From the NCBI GenBank assembly GCA_021786105.1, contig JAJYNW010000005.1, forward strand, positions 61,070 to 125,069: DNA of 64,000 bases, written 5' to 3'. The translations under genes were made by a program, and so were the position numbers. The DNA is from a bacterium (GTDB taxonomy: Bacteria; Patescibacteriota; Microgenomatia; Daviesbacterales; UBA10151). Below are positions 29,399 through 38,674 of this stretch, piece after piece (within the stretch, counting starts at the first letter, position 1; every line of letters begins with the position of its first letter). The notes beneath the pieces were generated by a model. The model had not been told where the DNA came from and searched no databases. It worked only from the letters and a program-made list of their open reading frames with translations.

Positions 29399-30444
29399 TT
29401 AAGGTTGCTTTAGATACTTCTCCGCTTGTTTCTGGTCATAAAAGCCGGGGAATCGGCTTTTACACCAAAAATTTACTGGCTGCTATGGAGAAAAACTCAA
29501 CTATCCAGGTTCGGGAATTTGAAAAAATTGATCAGCTTGAAGATGCCGATATTATCCACTATCCCTATTTTGATCTTTTTCAACAAACACTCCCCTTTAG
29601 GAAAAAACTCCCTACAGTTGTTACCATCCATGATGTTATTCCCTTGGAGTTTCCCCAACATTATCCTTCCGGTGTTCGGGGATCAATGAATAATTTTCTT
29701 CAAAAAATATCTTTAAAAAATGTTGCGGCAGTACTTACCGATTCCAAATTTTCACAGCAAGAAATCATTAAGTACTTGGGTGTGCCAAAGGAAAAAGTCT
29801 TTCCGGTTTATCTGGCACCAGCGGCCCATTTTCATCAGATCAAAGATCAAAATGTTCTGAAAAATACCCAACAAGAGTTCCAGTTACCGGAGAAGTTTGC
29901 TTTATTTAGCGGCGGTGCTAACTATAATAAAAATTTGCTTAATCTTACAGAGGCAACTTTAAAAGCAGGCTTGGATTTAGTAGTGGTGGGCAAGAGTTTT
30001 GAAACCCGGGAAAACCTTAACCATCCGGAACTTTCGACTTTTGCTGAATTTTTAAAAAAATACGTCGACAATCCATTGGTCCATATGTTGGGTTTTGTGG
30101 AAGATGCGGATTTGGTAGCAATAATGAATCTGGCAACAGTTCTGCTTTTACCTTCCTTTGCTGAAGGATTCGGGCTGACTATCTTGGAAGCTCAAATTTG
30201 CGGCACGCCGGTGATTACCAGTAATATCTCTTCAATGCCGGAGGTGGCGGGAGAAGGAGCTATTCTAGTTGATCCATATTCAGTGGCGAATATATCCAAA
30301 GCCATTGAAGAGATAGTAACAGATAAGACAGTGGCAGAAGATTTGAGGAAAAAGGGGTTTGAAAATGTCAGTAAGTTTTCCTGGGAGAAGACTACTGAGG
30401 AGACCATTCAGGTTTATGAAAAAGTTATTTCCTCAAGAATTTAA
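29395..30444 (+). CDS. GT4 glycosyltransferase, MtfB/WbdB-like mannosyltransferase type
   Basis: RGIGFY, VVTIHDVIP, KNL, PSFAEGFGL.ILEA..CGTPV, SMPEVAG, FSWEK. Confidence 0.88.
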   Translation: MIKVALDTSPLVSGHKSRGIGFYTKNLLAAMEKNSTIQVREFEKIDQLEDADIIHYPYFDLFQQTLPFRKKLPTVVTIHDVIPLEFPQHYPSGVRGSMNNFLQKISLKNVAAVLTDSKFSQQEIIKYLGVPKEKVFPVYLAPAAHFHQIKDQNVLKNTQQEFQLPEKFALFSGGANYNKNLLNLTEATLKAGLDLVVVGKSFETRENLNHPELSTFAEFLKKYVDNPLVHMLGFVEDADLVAIMNLATVLLLPSFAEGFGLTILEAQICGTPVITSNISSMPEVAGEGAILVDPYSVANISKAIEEIVTDKTVAEDLRKKGFENVSKFSWEKTTEETIQVYEKVISSRI

Positions 30445-31570
30445 GAGAATCCTTTCTTTGTTTATTATTTGGCGGGTATCTTTATTTGTAGTTGCCTTTT
30501 TGGCTACTACACTGATCCCCAATTTTGGCGCCCGCTTCCCGTATTATAATAATTTACTGATTCCCACCGGGCTACCTTCCTGGATCTGGGGTTTTGGGAA
30601 TTTTGATGGTGTGCACTTTTTAAGGATTGCCATGCTTGGTTACGAAGGATCAAATCTTTCTCAGGCTTTTTTCCCGCTGTACCCTCTGCTAATAAAAATA
30701 TTTGCCTTCGGTAACCAATGGTTTTTGTCAGGTTTCATAGTTGCAAATATTTTTTCCCTATTTAGCTTATTTGTATTTTATAAACTGGTGAAACTGGACT
30801 TTAACGAGAAAGTTGCTTGGAGATCAGTGCTATTGCTTATCGTATTTCCAACCTCATTTTATTTAGGGTCAATTTATTCAGAATCCTTATTTATTTTCTT
30901 GACTATTTCGAGCATTTACCTTTTGAGAAGGAAAAATTATTTAGGAGCAGGTCTTTTGGGAGGAATGGCTGCCGCTACCCGGCTTGTGGGGTTAATATTG
31001 GTACCTCTTTTTCTGGCAGAGATCTATCAAAGAAGAGGTGAGTTAAAAGATATAAGCAAAAAAGAAATTGCTAAGTATGTGGCAAGTATAGGGCTTGTTG
31101 GCGCAGGCTTTTTGTCTTATGTATATTTTTTACAGATTCGTTTTGCCAATCCGTTGTATTTTCTTTCTGCCCCTTCTCAATTTGGGACAGGAAGAGAGAA
31201 TATGCCTTTGGTTCTACTCCCCCAAGTCTTATTTAGATACTTTAAAATGTTAGTTTCTACGCCGGTTATCTCCTTACCTTTTTTAAACGCCGCCCTAGAG
31301 GTCTTATTTACAGTCATTCCTCTGGCACTTCTGGTGCTTTTCTTTAAAAGGATGAGGTTGAGCTACTGGTTTTTTACCTTAACTTGTTTGGTAATTCCCA
31401 CTCTGACCGGAACCTTTACTTCAATGCCCCGATATGCACTTGTAAGTTTCCTGCTACTTCCTTTAGTCGCCCAAAAAACAGAGCGGTATTTTTATCTTTT
31501 AATCCTGTCACTTGTACTCTTGGGGGCAATTTTGTTAGGGTTATTTATTAGGGGGTATTGGGTGGCATAA
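30416..31570 (+). CDS. GT-C mannosyltransferase, PIG-V (GT76)-like
   Basis: NFDGVHFL.IA..GY, AFFPLYP, FPTSFYL..IYSESLF, ATRLVG, SMPRY. Start moved to ATG 30416. Confidence 0.85.
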   Translation: MKKLFPQEFKRILSLFIIWRVSLFVVAFLATTLIPNFGARFPYYNNLLIPTGLPSWIWGFGNFDGVHFLRIAMLGYEGSNLSQAFFPLYPLLIKIFAFGNQWFLSGFIVANIFSLFSLFVFYKLVKLDFNEKVAWRSVLLLIVFPTSFYLGSIYSESLFIFLTISSIYLLRRKNYLGAGLLGGMAAATRLVGLILVPLFLAEIYQRRGELKDISKKEIAKYVASIGLVGAGFLSYVYFLQIRFANPLYFLSAPSQFGTGRENMPLVLLPQVLFRYFKMLVSTPVISLPFLNAALEVLFTVIPLALLVLFFKRMRLSYWFFTLTCLVIPTLTGTFTSMPRYALVSFLLLPLVAQKTERYFYLLILSLVLLGAILLGLFIRGYWVA

Positions 31571-31572
31571 AA

Positions 31573-32814
31573 ATGATTCATAAAGTAAAACGCATTGTAA
31601 AGAATCCGTTATTTTCCGGCAGCCTGGTTATGATTGTTGGCTCCAACGTTGGCAATGTCATTAATTATGTTTACCACTTGATTATGGGAAGAATGTTGGG
31701 TCCGTCCGCCTATGGTGAACTGGCAGTGCTGCTTTCCCTATTTGGAATTTTAGGGGTAGCTGCCACTGCGTTAAACCTGGTAGTAGTTAAATATATTTCG
31801 GCTGCAGAAGATGAAAAAGAAATTGCCGGATTGGTAAAGTGGTTTGAAAGCAATACCTTCAGATTATCCCTAATTATTTTTGTTTTGATCGCCTTTATCT
31901 CTCCACTCGCTGCAAAGTTTCTAAATGTCAGCAGTTTTATCACAATTATCCTCATTGCTTTAGCTGTTGTCATTTCTTTTATAACTACAGTTGTGCGGTC
32001 TGCATTGCAGGGGTTATTAATGTTTACTCAAAATGTAGCCTCGTTCCTGATTGAACATATTTTAAAACTAACAATTGGAGTGATACTTGTCGTATTGGGT
32101 TTTTCGGTAGGAGGAGCAGTTTTTGCTTTAGTGATAGCAACACTTTTGAGCTTAATCGTTAGTCGGAAATTTCTTTCTCTTAAACCCTTAAATAGCACAG
32201 TTCCATTACCTGTAAAATCAGTCTTGTATTATTCGATGCCTGTTTTATTTCAGTCAATTGCCATTACCTCGCTATATTCAACCGATCTTATTTTAGTAAA
32301 ACATTTTTTTAATTCGCAGGATGCAGGCATTTATGCAGCCGTTTCTACTCTGGGAAAAATAATTTTCTTTACTGCCGGCCCAATTAGTTCAGTAATGTTT
32401 CCTATTGTTTCTAGAAGACATGCAAGAGGTGAAGATTACCAGAAACCTCTTTATTATAGTCTAGTGGCAACCGCTTTATCAGCTATTGTAGTTTTACTAC
32501 TTTTTCAGTTTATACCCCAGCAGACATTGACTGTTCTCTATGGAACATCTTATCTTTCTGGTGCGGGTTTGCTTATATACTTTGGAATCTTTGCAACACT
32601 CTTTACATTGTCATCACTACTTATAAATTTCCACCTTTCGCTCAAAAGATCGTGGGTAGTGGTTTTCCCGATTTTAGCAGCAATAGCGCAGATTATTGGT
32701 ATCTGGAGTTTCCACTTTAGTCTTTTATCTGTTATTATGGTTTCCATAGTAGTAAGCAGTGGGCTTTTTGTAAGCCTGTTTGCTTATACAGTTTTCAAAT
32801 ACTATCTGCGCTAA
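31573..32814 (+). CDS. wzx: Wzx/RfbX-family oligosaccharide flippase
   Basis: About 12 TM; GRMLGPSAYG, RSALQG, DLILVKHF...AGIYAA, VMFP. Start moved to ATG 31573. Confidence 0.85.
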   Translation: MIHKVKRIVKNPLFSGSLVMIVGSNVGNVINYVYHLIMGRMLGPSAYGELAVLLSLFGILGVAATALNLVVVKYISAAEDEKEIAGLVKWFESNTFRLSLIIFVLIAFISPLAAKFLNVSSFITIILIALAVVISFITTVVRSALQGLLMFTQNVASFLIEHILKLTIGVILVVLGFSVGGAVFALVIATLLSLIVSRKFLSLKPLNSTVPLPVKSVLYYSMPVLFQSIAITSLYSTDLILVKHFFNSQDAGIYAAVSTLGKIIFFTAGPISSVMFPIVSRRHARGEDYQKPLYYSLVATALSAIVVLLLFQFIPQQTLTVLYGTSYLSGAGLLIYFGIFATLFTLSSLLINFHLSLKRSWVVVFPILAAIAQIIGIWSFHFSLLSVIMVSIVVSSGLFVSLFAYTVFKYYLR

Positions 32815-32815
32815 T

Positions 32816-33610
32816 ATGGCTAAGAAGCAATTAATATCGATCATTGTTCCCGCATACCGACAAGGTAGCACTATAAAGAAAGATTTGGAAAACATAGACC
32901 ATGTACTTTCGGAAAGCTTACAGGATTTTGATTATGAGATCATTTGTGTTGTAGATGGGATGATCGACAAAACTTACGAAGAAGCGCAAAAAGTAAAATT
33001 GCCCAGAGTTAAAGTGGTAGGTTATGAGCAGAATAAGGGAAAAGGGTATGCAGTCCGTTTTGGGATGGCCAGATCAAAAGGAGACCTTATTTCTTTTTTG
33101 GATGCAGGAATGGAGATCAGCCCGGCTTCGGTCATGATGTTGATGGCCCATATGAAATGGTATAACGCTGATATTATCGTTGGTTCCAAGCGCCACCCCG
33201 TTTCCCGGGTAAATTATCCACTGTTACGCCATATTTTTAGTATCGGATATCACCTTGGGGTAAAGATCCTTTTTGGGTTACCTCTAAGTGATACTCAAAG
33301 CGGAATCAAAATATTTAAAAGAAAGGTAATGGAAGTAGTATTGCCTCGGCTATTAGTTAAAAAATATGCTATGGATATTGAAATGCTGGCAGTGGCGCGG
33401 TGCTTAGGGTTTAAACGCATTTACGAGGCTCCGATTGAGGTGACCTTTGATAAAAAAACGAGTGCAATCTCCTGGAAAGTTATTTTAAGGATGGTCATGG
33501 ATACATTAGCAATTTTTTACCGGCTAAAGGTTCTTGGGTATTACAATGATGGGAATGAAAGAAAATGGCGTTTTGACCCCGATTTGCATTTCAGAGTAAA
33601 TGTAGGCTAA
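32816..33610 (+). CDS. GT2 polyprenol-phosphate glycosyltransferase (DPG synthase/ALG5-like)
   Basis: SIIVPAY, NKGKGYAVRFG, FLDAG, VGSKRH, DTQSGIKIF, DIEML. Start moved to ATG 32816. Confidence 0.85.
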   Translation: MAKKQLISIIVPAYRQGSTIKKDLENIDHVLSESLQDFDYEIICVVDGMIDKTYEEAQKVKLPRVKVVGYEQNKGKGYAVRFGMARSKGDLISFLDAGMEISPASVMMLMAHMKWYNADIIVGSKRHPVSRVNYPLLRHIFSIGYHLGVKILFGLPLSDTQSGIKIFKRKVMEVVLPRLLVKKYAMDIEMLAVARCLGFKRIYEAPIEVTFDKKTSAISWKVILRMVMDTLAIFYRLKVLGYYNDGNERKWRFDPDLHFRVNVG

Positions 33611-33623
33611 AATACCCTCTAGT

Positions 33624-34649
33624 ATGTTGGCTGAAGCAAAATTAGAAGCCATTCATTTTGGAGTTCGATTGGCTGCCGAACAGGTTTTAGGTCATTTAAA
33701 ACCCGTTAAACTTGATTACAGAGAAGATGCTAATTTAGAAAACGCCTGGGAGGCGAGCCGTAATCAAGGAAATCACACTGAATCAGCGAGTAGATATTAT
33801 TCTGTTTACACTACCTCAACAGATACTTTGATCCGGTCTCAAGCTCTAATCGGCCTTACTCGTGGGTTAATAGATTTGGGTTCATTTGGACAAGCACGAC
33901 AATTTTTATCTCAGGCTTCAGCGCTATGCAATGATTTTTCAGTTGAGACGAGACGCCGGTTATTTATAGCTCATATTGAAGGCCAAAAAGGATGGATAGC
34001 AGATTATGAACTTGGTTATCATGCTGAGATTAAACATTTCGGTAACGCTTTGAATGGTTTAAATGTGGTGCAAAGGTTGGAATGGGGTATACCTGAAGAG
34101 GAGCTAAATTCAACTGCTTATCATTGTATTGGCCGTGCAAGAGTGGGATTGGCTGATGCAGGAGTGGATAGGGAAGAGAATATTAGGCTTGCTATGGAAG
34201 ATATCACAATGGCAAGAAGATTGGATGAAAAGTTGCCGATGCCCACTATCAATGAAAAAGTTGGACATGGTTTTGCGTGGGAAGCGAGATGTTGTTTGAG
34301 GTTGGGAGAGTTTGCCAGAGCTGATGAACTGACCGAGAAAGCAGAACTTAATTTTAGAAAGCACCATTCTCTTTTTCCAGATTCTCCAATAATGGCACAC
34401 TACTACTTGCTTTTAGGAGAACGTGATTTTAAACATGGGTTTACTTTAGAGGCGAGAAGAGATTTTGAAGAGGCTGCGAGAATTAGAACAGGCAAAAGTG
34501 CGATTTACCCAAAAGGTGTATCCGATGCTTATAAGGGTATAGCAGCTACGTACTGGAAGGAAGGAGATATAAAGAACGCGGCAAGATTCCTTATTAAGGC
34601 AGCAAAAATTAATCCCCAATCGGTAGCTAGAGGAATGTTGGGTGGTTAG
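33624..34649 (+). CDS. TPR-like all-helical protein
   Basis: Repeated helix-pair patterns (LGSFGQARQFLSQA, LGEFARADELTEKA, GFTLEARRDFEEA, EGDIKNAARFLIKAAKINP). Confidence 0.65.
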   Translation: MLAEAKLEAIHFGVRLAAEQVLGHLKPVKLDYREDANLENAWEASRNQGNHTESASRYYSVYTTSTDTLIRSQALIGLTRGLIDLGSFGQARQFLSQASALCNDFSVETRRRLFIAHIEGQKGWIADYELGYHAEIKHFGNALNGLNVVQRLEWGIPEEELNSTAYHCIGRARVGLADAGVDREENIRLAMEDITMARRLDEKLPMPTINEKVGHGFAWEARCCLRLGEFARADELTEKAELNFRKHHSLFPDSPIMAHYYLLLGERDFKHGFTLEARRDFEEAARIRTGKSAIYPKGVSDAYKGIAATYWKEGDIKNAARFLIKAAKINPQSVARGMLGG

Positions 34650-34665
34650 ATAGTATAATAACTTT

Positions 34666-35460
34666 GTGATTAAATCTATTTTTGTTAGTTCCAAGCACCT
34701 TCAGGGAATCGAAAATAGCGGAGCCAACCATTTAGTGGTTAACGGTAGTGATTTAGATAATGAGGGTTGGGAAAAACTTCAAGGATTAGATACAAGGCTT
34801 ATTATTTCCGTAAATGCCATAGAAAAAGGCGAAGAAGCTTGTATTTTGGATCCTCAAATTCAAAAAAGATTACTCGATCGTTTAGATAAAGCCTTGCAAT
34901 TTCAACCGGAAGGAATTTTGATAGACCGTTTGCGTTTTGGAGGAGATTGTACGGATATTAGGGATGAAGATATTTCAAAAGCTCACCAAGTATGTCAATT
35001 CTGCCAGGGAAAAGATCGCGTAGACACTTTAACGGAATTTGGGAAGCAGCTGAGTAAATATGTAAATGGTAGAAGTAAGTTGGGTATTTTTGCCGTTGCT
35101 TTTAAGGATGATGAAGCGCCAAAGTTGGGTCAGGTTTTAGGGGTTAATTATTCGAAACTTGGAAAAGTTTTTGACTTATTTTCTCCGATGTTATATCACC
35201 AGATGCTACAAAAACCGGTAACCTATATCTCCGATTATACAAAATGGATAAGTGAGAAAACGGGAAAACCAATTTTACCAATCATTCAAATTAAAAACAT
35301 GCCGGATGATTTAGAGGATAATATTACCGAAGAAGAAATTGCCGCTGCTTTTAATGAGGCTATTAAGTACCCTTCGGAAGGAATATGCTTTTTCTGGTGG
35401 GCTCATGCCTTGGAGAAAAATAAAACAAGCATTATTGGGAAGCTATTTTGCAGCCATTAA
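34666..35460 (+). CDS. Putative glycoside-hydrolase-like TIM barrel (GHL10/DUF4015-like), no signal peptide
   Basis: C..DP...., EGILIDRLRF, CQFC, G.NY..L...FDLFSPMLYH, PILPIIQ, GICFFWW. Confidence 0.55.
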   Translation: MIKSIFVSSKHLQGIENSGANHLVVNGSDLDNEGWEKLQGLDTRLIISVNAIEKGEEACILDPQIQKRLLDRLDKALQFQPEGILIDRLRFGGDCTDIRDEDISKAHQVCQFCQGKDRVDTLTEFGKQLSKYVNGRSKLGIFAVAFKDDEAPKLGQVLGVNYSKLGKVFDLFSPMLYHQMLQKPVTYISDYTKWISEKTGKPILPIIQIKNMPDDLEDNITEEEIAAAFNEAIKYPSEGICFFWWAHALEKNKTSIIGKLFCSH

Positions 35461-35461
35461 T

Positions 35462-38400
35462 TTAGTGTAGCTTTGGGGAATCGATTAAGAGGTTGGTAAC
35501 TTTATATTGCCCTTCCGCATTTTTTTTAAAAGACACTTCAATTACTCCTTGATCCAAAGAAAATTCGGCTCGGTATTTAAACGTGGTCTCGCTCCGATTT
35601 ACTGAAATTATCGGTTTTCCCAAGCTGACTAAAGGTCCGACCTTAGCATAATTACCATCTCTAATTTTTTCAAATTCTTTTCGATCAACTTTCTTTAGCA
35701 AGTCTGGGCTAAAGTCATGTGTTGTTTGCTCATAATTATTTAAACCGATACCAGCAATTAAATTATCCACTGTATAAGTTAAAGATTGGGTTCGTGGATT
35801 GACTAGGAACTTTGATGAGTCAAATTTAAAAATAGGTAATTTTAAGGTAACAAAAAGAAGAGTTGTGACAACCAGAGTAAATATTATTACGTTTCTGTTA
35901 ATGGTAGGTAATTTAACACTTGCTCTAGGTAAGTAAGAAAATGAACTGTTGAATCTCAGGTAATCTCTAATGACTACCCCATATACTACAAGGTAATAAA
36001 AAGCAAAAATGACAGTTAGATCTACTCTAAGGAAAACCCGATTAAAGGCGGACCCGGTTCCTGTGATGCCGTAGAAAAATACCTGTCCCATAAAGTTCAT
36101 AATATCGAAGAGAATAAGTATTAACCTATTTTTGGAGGTCGGATTTATTAAATAAAGCATTAACATCATAAATACGAAATAAAAAGAATGGTTTTGGTAT
36201 ACACCTTTATTAAACATATAATGAGAAAAATAGATTAGCACAGCGGCTGATAAGAAATGAGGGAGGTCTTTTTTGGAAAATAACCAGTATCTAAAGAGGA
36301 TAATCCCTGAAATAAGATAGAAAAAATAACCTTGAAAAATTTTAGGCGCTTGGTAAGTCCCTATCTGCCAATTCATCCAGTTTGACAGTTCCGGCGAACC
36401 GAAAATTTGAGGTTGATTTACGTGAAGATAATAAGTAACAATCCAGTTTAAATTCATCGCTAAACCTGACAATAATGGTGGCGATTCAATTAGGAATTTA
36501 ATAACTCCGATATCAAAAGAAAACCTGCCGTTGGGTTGGGCGAGGATAAGTAACCAAGTAATAATCGGTACAAAAAGAAGCCCGATAATGAGTTTTATGG
36601 AGGATGGCAAAGTTTGAGAGAGTTTTTCCCGTAGGCTAAAAACTGTTAGCCCAAAAAGAGGAAATAAGGCCACTGGCTGCCATTTGATCGAAGCAGAAGT
36701 TCCTAGGAACAGTCCAGCAAGGAAATATTTTTTCTTAAATAAACAAATGATGGCAAGAATAATTGTGGGGGCTGTTAAGATATCGGTGGATGTTAAACTA
36801 TTTGATTGCAGACCTAAAGAAAATGTAGTTAAAAAAATAAGCAGGATATTAGTTTTGTTAAGGCCCCCTTTCCTCTTAATGATTTTTCCGAGAAGGAGGA
36901 TTAGTCCCATTGAAATCATATAAAAAACACTGGTGCTTATTTTAGTTGCCAAAGCGAATTGCCCAACCACTTCGGGGTGAGAATCTTTGAAGCCAATAAT
37001 GTTTTGATAAAGATGAGTAAAAGCGGTATAGATAACTGTGGAAAGCGGCGGATATTGATTGTCTGTTAAAGTGTGGTTGTAGAACGGATTGGCATGAAGA
37101 ATGGCTACCCGATTGAAGCCCTCAAAAACACCCATATCTGCGGTTCCTTGGGAGGGAATTAAGCTAAAGTTCAGTAAAAGTATAAGTATGATAAGGAAAA
37201 CTTTTGAATAGCGTGAAGCTTCTAGCTGTTTTTTAATAGTCGTTCTGTTTAAGACTATTGGAAGTTGCCACACAGTTAACAACAGGAAGATAGAGGCAAA
37301 GAAAAGCTTAAATACTTCTATGTAATTAGAACGCGTATCCGGTCCGACTCCGTTATTCCCGTAGGTTAAAAAAAGAATACTGAAAGCTAAAACATTGACT
37401 AATATTAAACGTACCTGGTTTTCTTTATTTGGCGAGATCATGAATGTCAGAATAGAAAAAATTACCAACCATATGAGGTTACCTGCTGAAACTAGAGGGA
37501 AAAATACCAAAAATACCATATAGATAATAGAAATGAAATCAAAAAAAGTTGAGGAATCTACGTTTTTACAATTTTGAAATTTTTTATACACTAAAAGATA
37601 CAACAGTAAAAAAGTAAAAGTTAGGGATAAAAACGGGCTTGCTAGGATAGCAAGTGCAAAAGTGATGGTTAACCAAATAAAGGTATATGTTATTAGTTTT
37701 TTCTTTCCAAGGTATGGGCAAAAAATATGCTTTATGAAGTAAAATGAAGAAAAAAAGAGGACGCCTCCTGTTAATATGGAAGGTAGGATAGCAAGTGTAA
37801 GTTGGGAAGGTGTTAACAGATAATATTTCTGTAAATAACCTAATGAGTGATTCAATAGCCAGGGGATATTTAATACCTGGGACGATTTGGTGATAAAGAA
37901 TGTTGGGGCTAAGACGTAACCATTTACATGAGCGATAGCGGCAAACAAGGTAATTAATGACAGGTTGAAGACTGTATTTAATTTTGAAGAAGATTTATTC
38001 GAAAAAATATATATTGAAAAAATAGGAGCCAAAATTAATAGAGTCCAGTTAAAGAGAATACTTATTACATAAAATGTTATGGCTAGGCGGTACCGTTTTC
38101 TAAACAGGAATGATAATCCTAGAATAAAAACCGGAGCAATAAATAAGTCCCAGAATCCTAGTGCTAGATTAGAAAGCATTAAAGAAAAGCTCAAAAAGTA
38201 AACGGTCGCAAGAGAAATTTTTTTAATCCGCCTTGTTTTTACTGACTTGAAGAAGTGAATGAACGATATAAAAGTTAAGAAATATGAAACCAGCAGAAGG
38301 GATTTTGATATTATCCACGAGTGTTGTTGGTAATAGAAATTTATGTCTTTGCTGAAAGGGAACCAGTGAAGCACAAAGGTGAAAAGAGCAGATGTTCCCG

Positions 38401-38581
38401 CGTTATACCTAAAAACCAACTCTAATATTGTGTCTACTGTATGTTTTTGTGTTTGAAAAGAAGATGGGTCGGTCAGTAAGTTATTAAAAAGAGCAAGTGT
38501 CGCTACTCCTGGATAGTTATAAAAGAGACTTATGCTTATGAGTATTGCTAAACCTGTAATTAAATATAAGTAAATTTTCAT
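35462..38581 (-). CDS. Tandem double GT87-like GT-C membrane protein with C-terminal DUF3887-like domain
   Basis: 1039 aa. Second module has GTADM, QYPPL, IKWQP, GVYQNH; the first module is a degenerate copy; soluble C-terminal domain ends LLIDSPKLH. Confidence 0.7.
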   Translation of the reverse strand: MKIYLYLITGLAILISISLFYNYPGVATLALFNNLLTDPSSFQTQKHTVDTILELVFRYNAGTSALFTFVLHWFPFSKDINFYYQQHSWIISKSLLLVSYFLTFISFIHFFKSVKTRRIKKISLATVYFLSFSLMLSNLALGFWDLFIAPVFILGLSFLFRKRYRLAITFYVISILFNWTLLILAPIFSIYIFSNKSSSKLNTVFNLSLITLFAAIAHVNGYVLAPTFFITKSSQVLNIPWLLNHSLGYLQKYYLLTPSQLTLAILPSILTGGVLFFSSFYFIKHIFCPYLGKKKLITYTFIWLTITFALAILASPFLSLTFTFLLLYLLVYKKFQNCKNVDSSTFFDFISIIYMVFLVFFPLVSAGNLIWLVIFSILTFMISPNKENQVRLILVNVLAFSILFLTYGNNGVGPDTRSNYIEVFKLFFASIFLLLTVWQLPIVLNRTTIKKQLEASRYSKVFLIILILLLNFSLIPSQGTADMGVFEGFNRVAILHANPFYNHTLTDNQYPPLSTVIYTAFTHLYQNIIGFKDSHPEVVGQFALATKISTSVFYMISMGLILLLGKIIKRKGGLNKTNILLIFLTTFSLGLQSNSLTSTDILTAPTIILAIICLFKKKYFLAGLFLGTSASIKWQPVALFPLFGLTVFSLREKLSQTLPSSIKLIIGLLFVPIITWLLILAQPNGRFSFDIGVIKFLIESPPLLSGLAMNLNWIVTYYLHVNQPQIFGSPELSNWMNWQIGTYQAPKIFQGYFFYLISGIILFRYWLFSKKDLPHFLSAAVLIYFSHYMFNKGVYQNHSFYFVFMMLMLYLINPTSKNRLILILFDIMNFMGQVFFYGITGTGSAFNRVFLRVDLTVIFAFYYLVVYGVVIRDYLRFNSSFSYLPRASVKLPTINRNVIIFTLVVTTLLFVTLKLPIFKFDSSKFLVNPRTQSLTYTVDNLIAGIGLNNYEQTTHDFSPDLLKKVDRKEFEKIRDGNYAKVGPLVSLGKPIISVNRSETTFKYRAEFSLDQGVIEVSFKKNAEGQYKVTNLLIDSPKLH

Positions 38582-38674
38582 CTGATTAATCCAAGCATAC
38601 TATTACCGATAGCTTATCTAAAGTCAACCTATATAAAGCTTTAAAATTTTGTTAAAATCACCATAGCTACACCT

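Noticed and set aside
33624-34649. RRNPP quorum-sensing receptor
   Set aside because: No HTH domain and no adjacent small secreted peptide ORF; the next gene starts 16 nt downstream.
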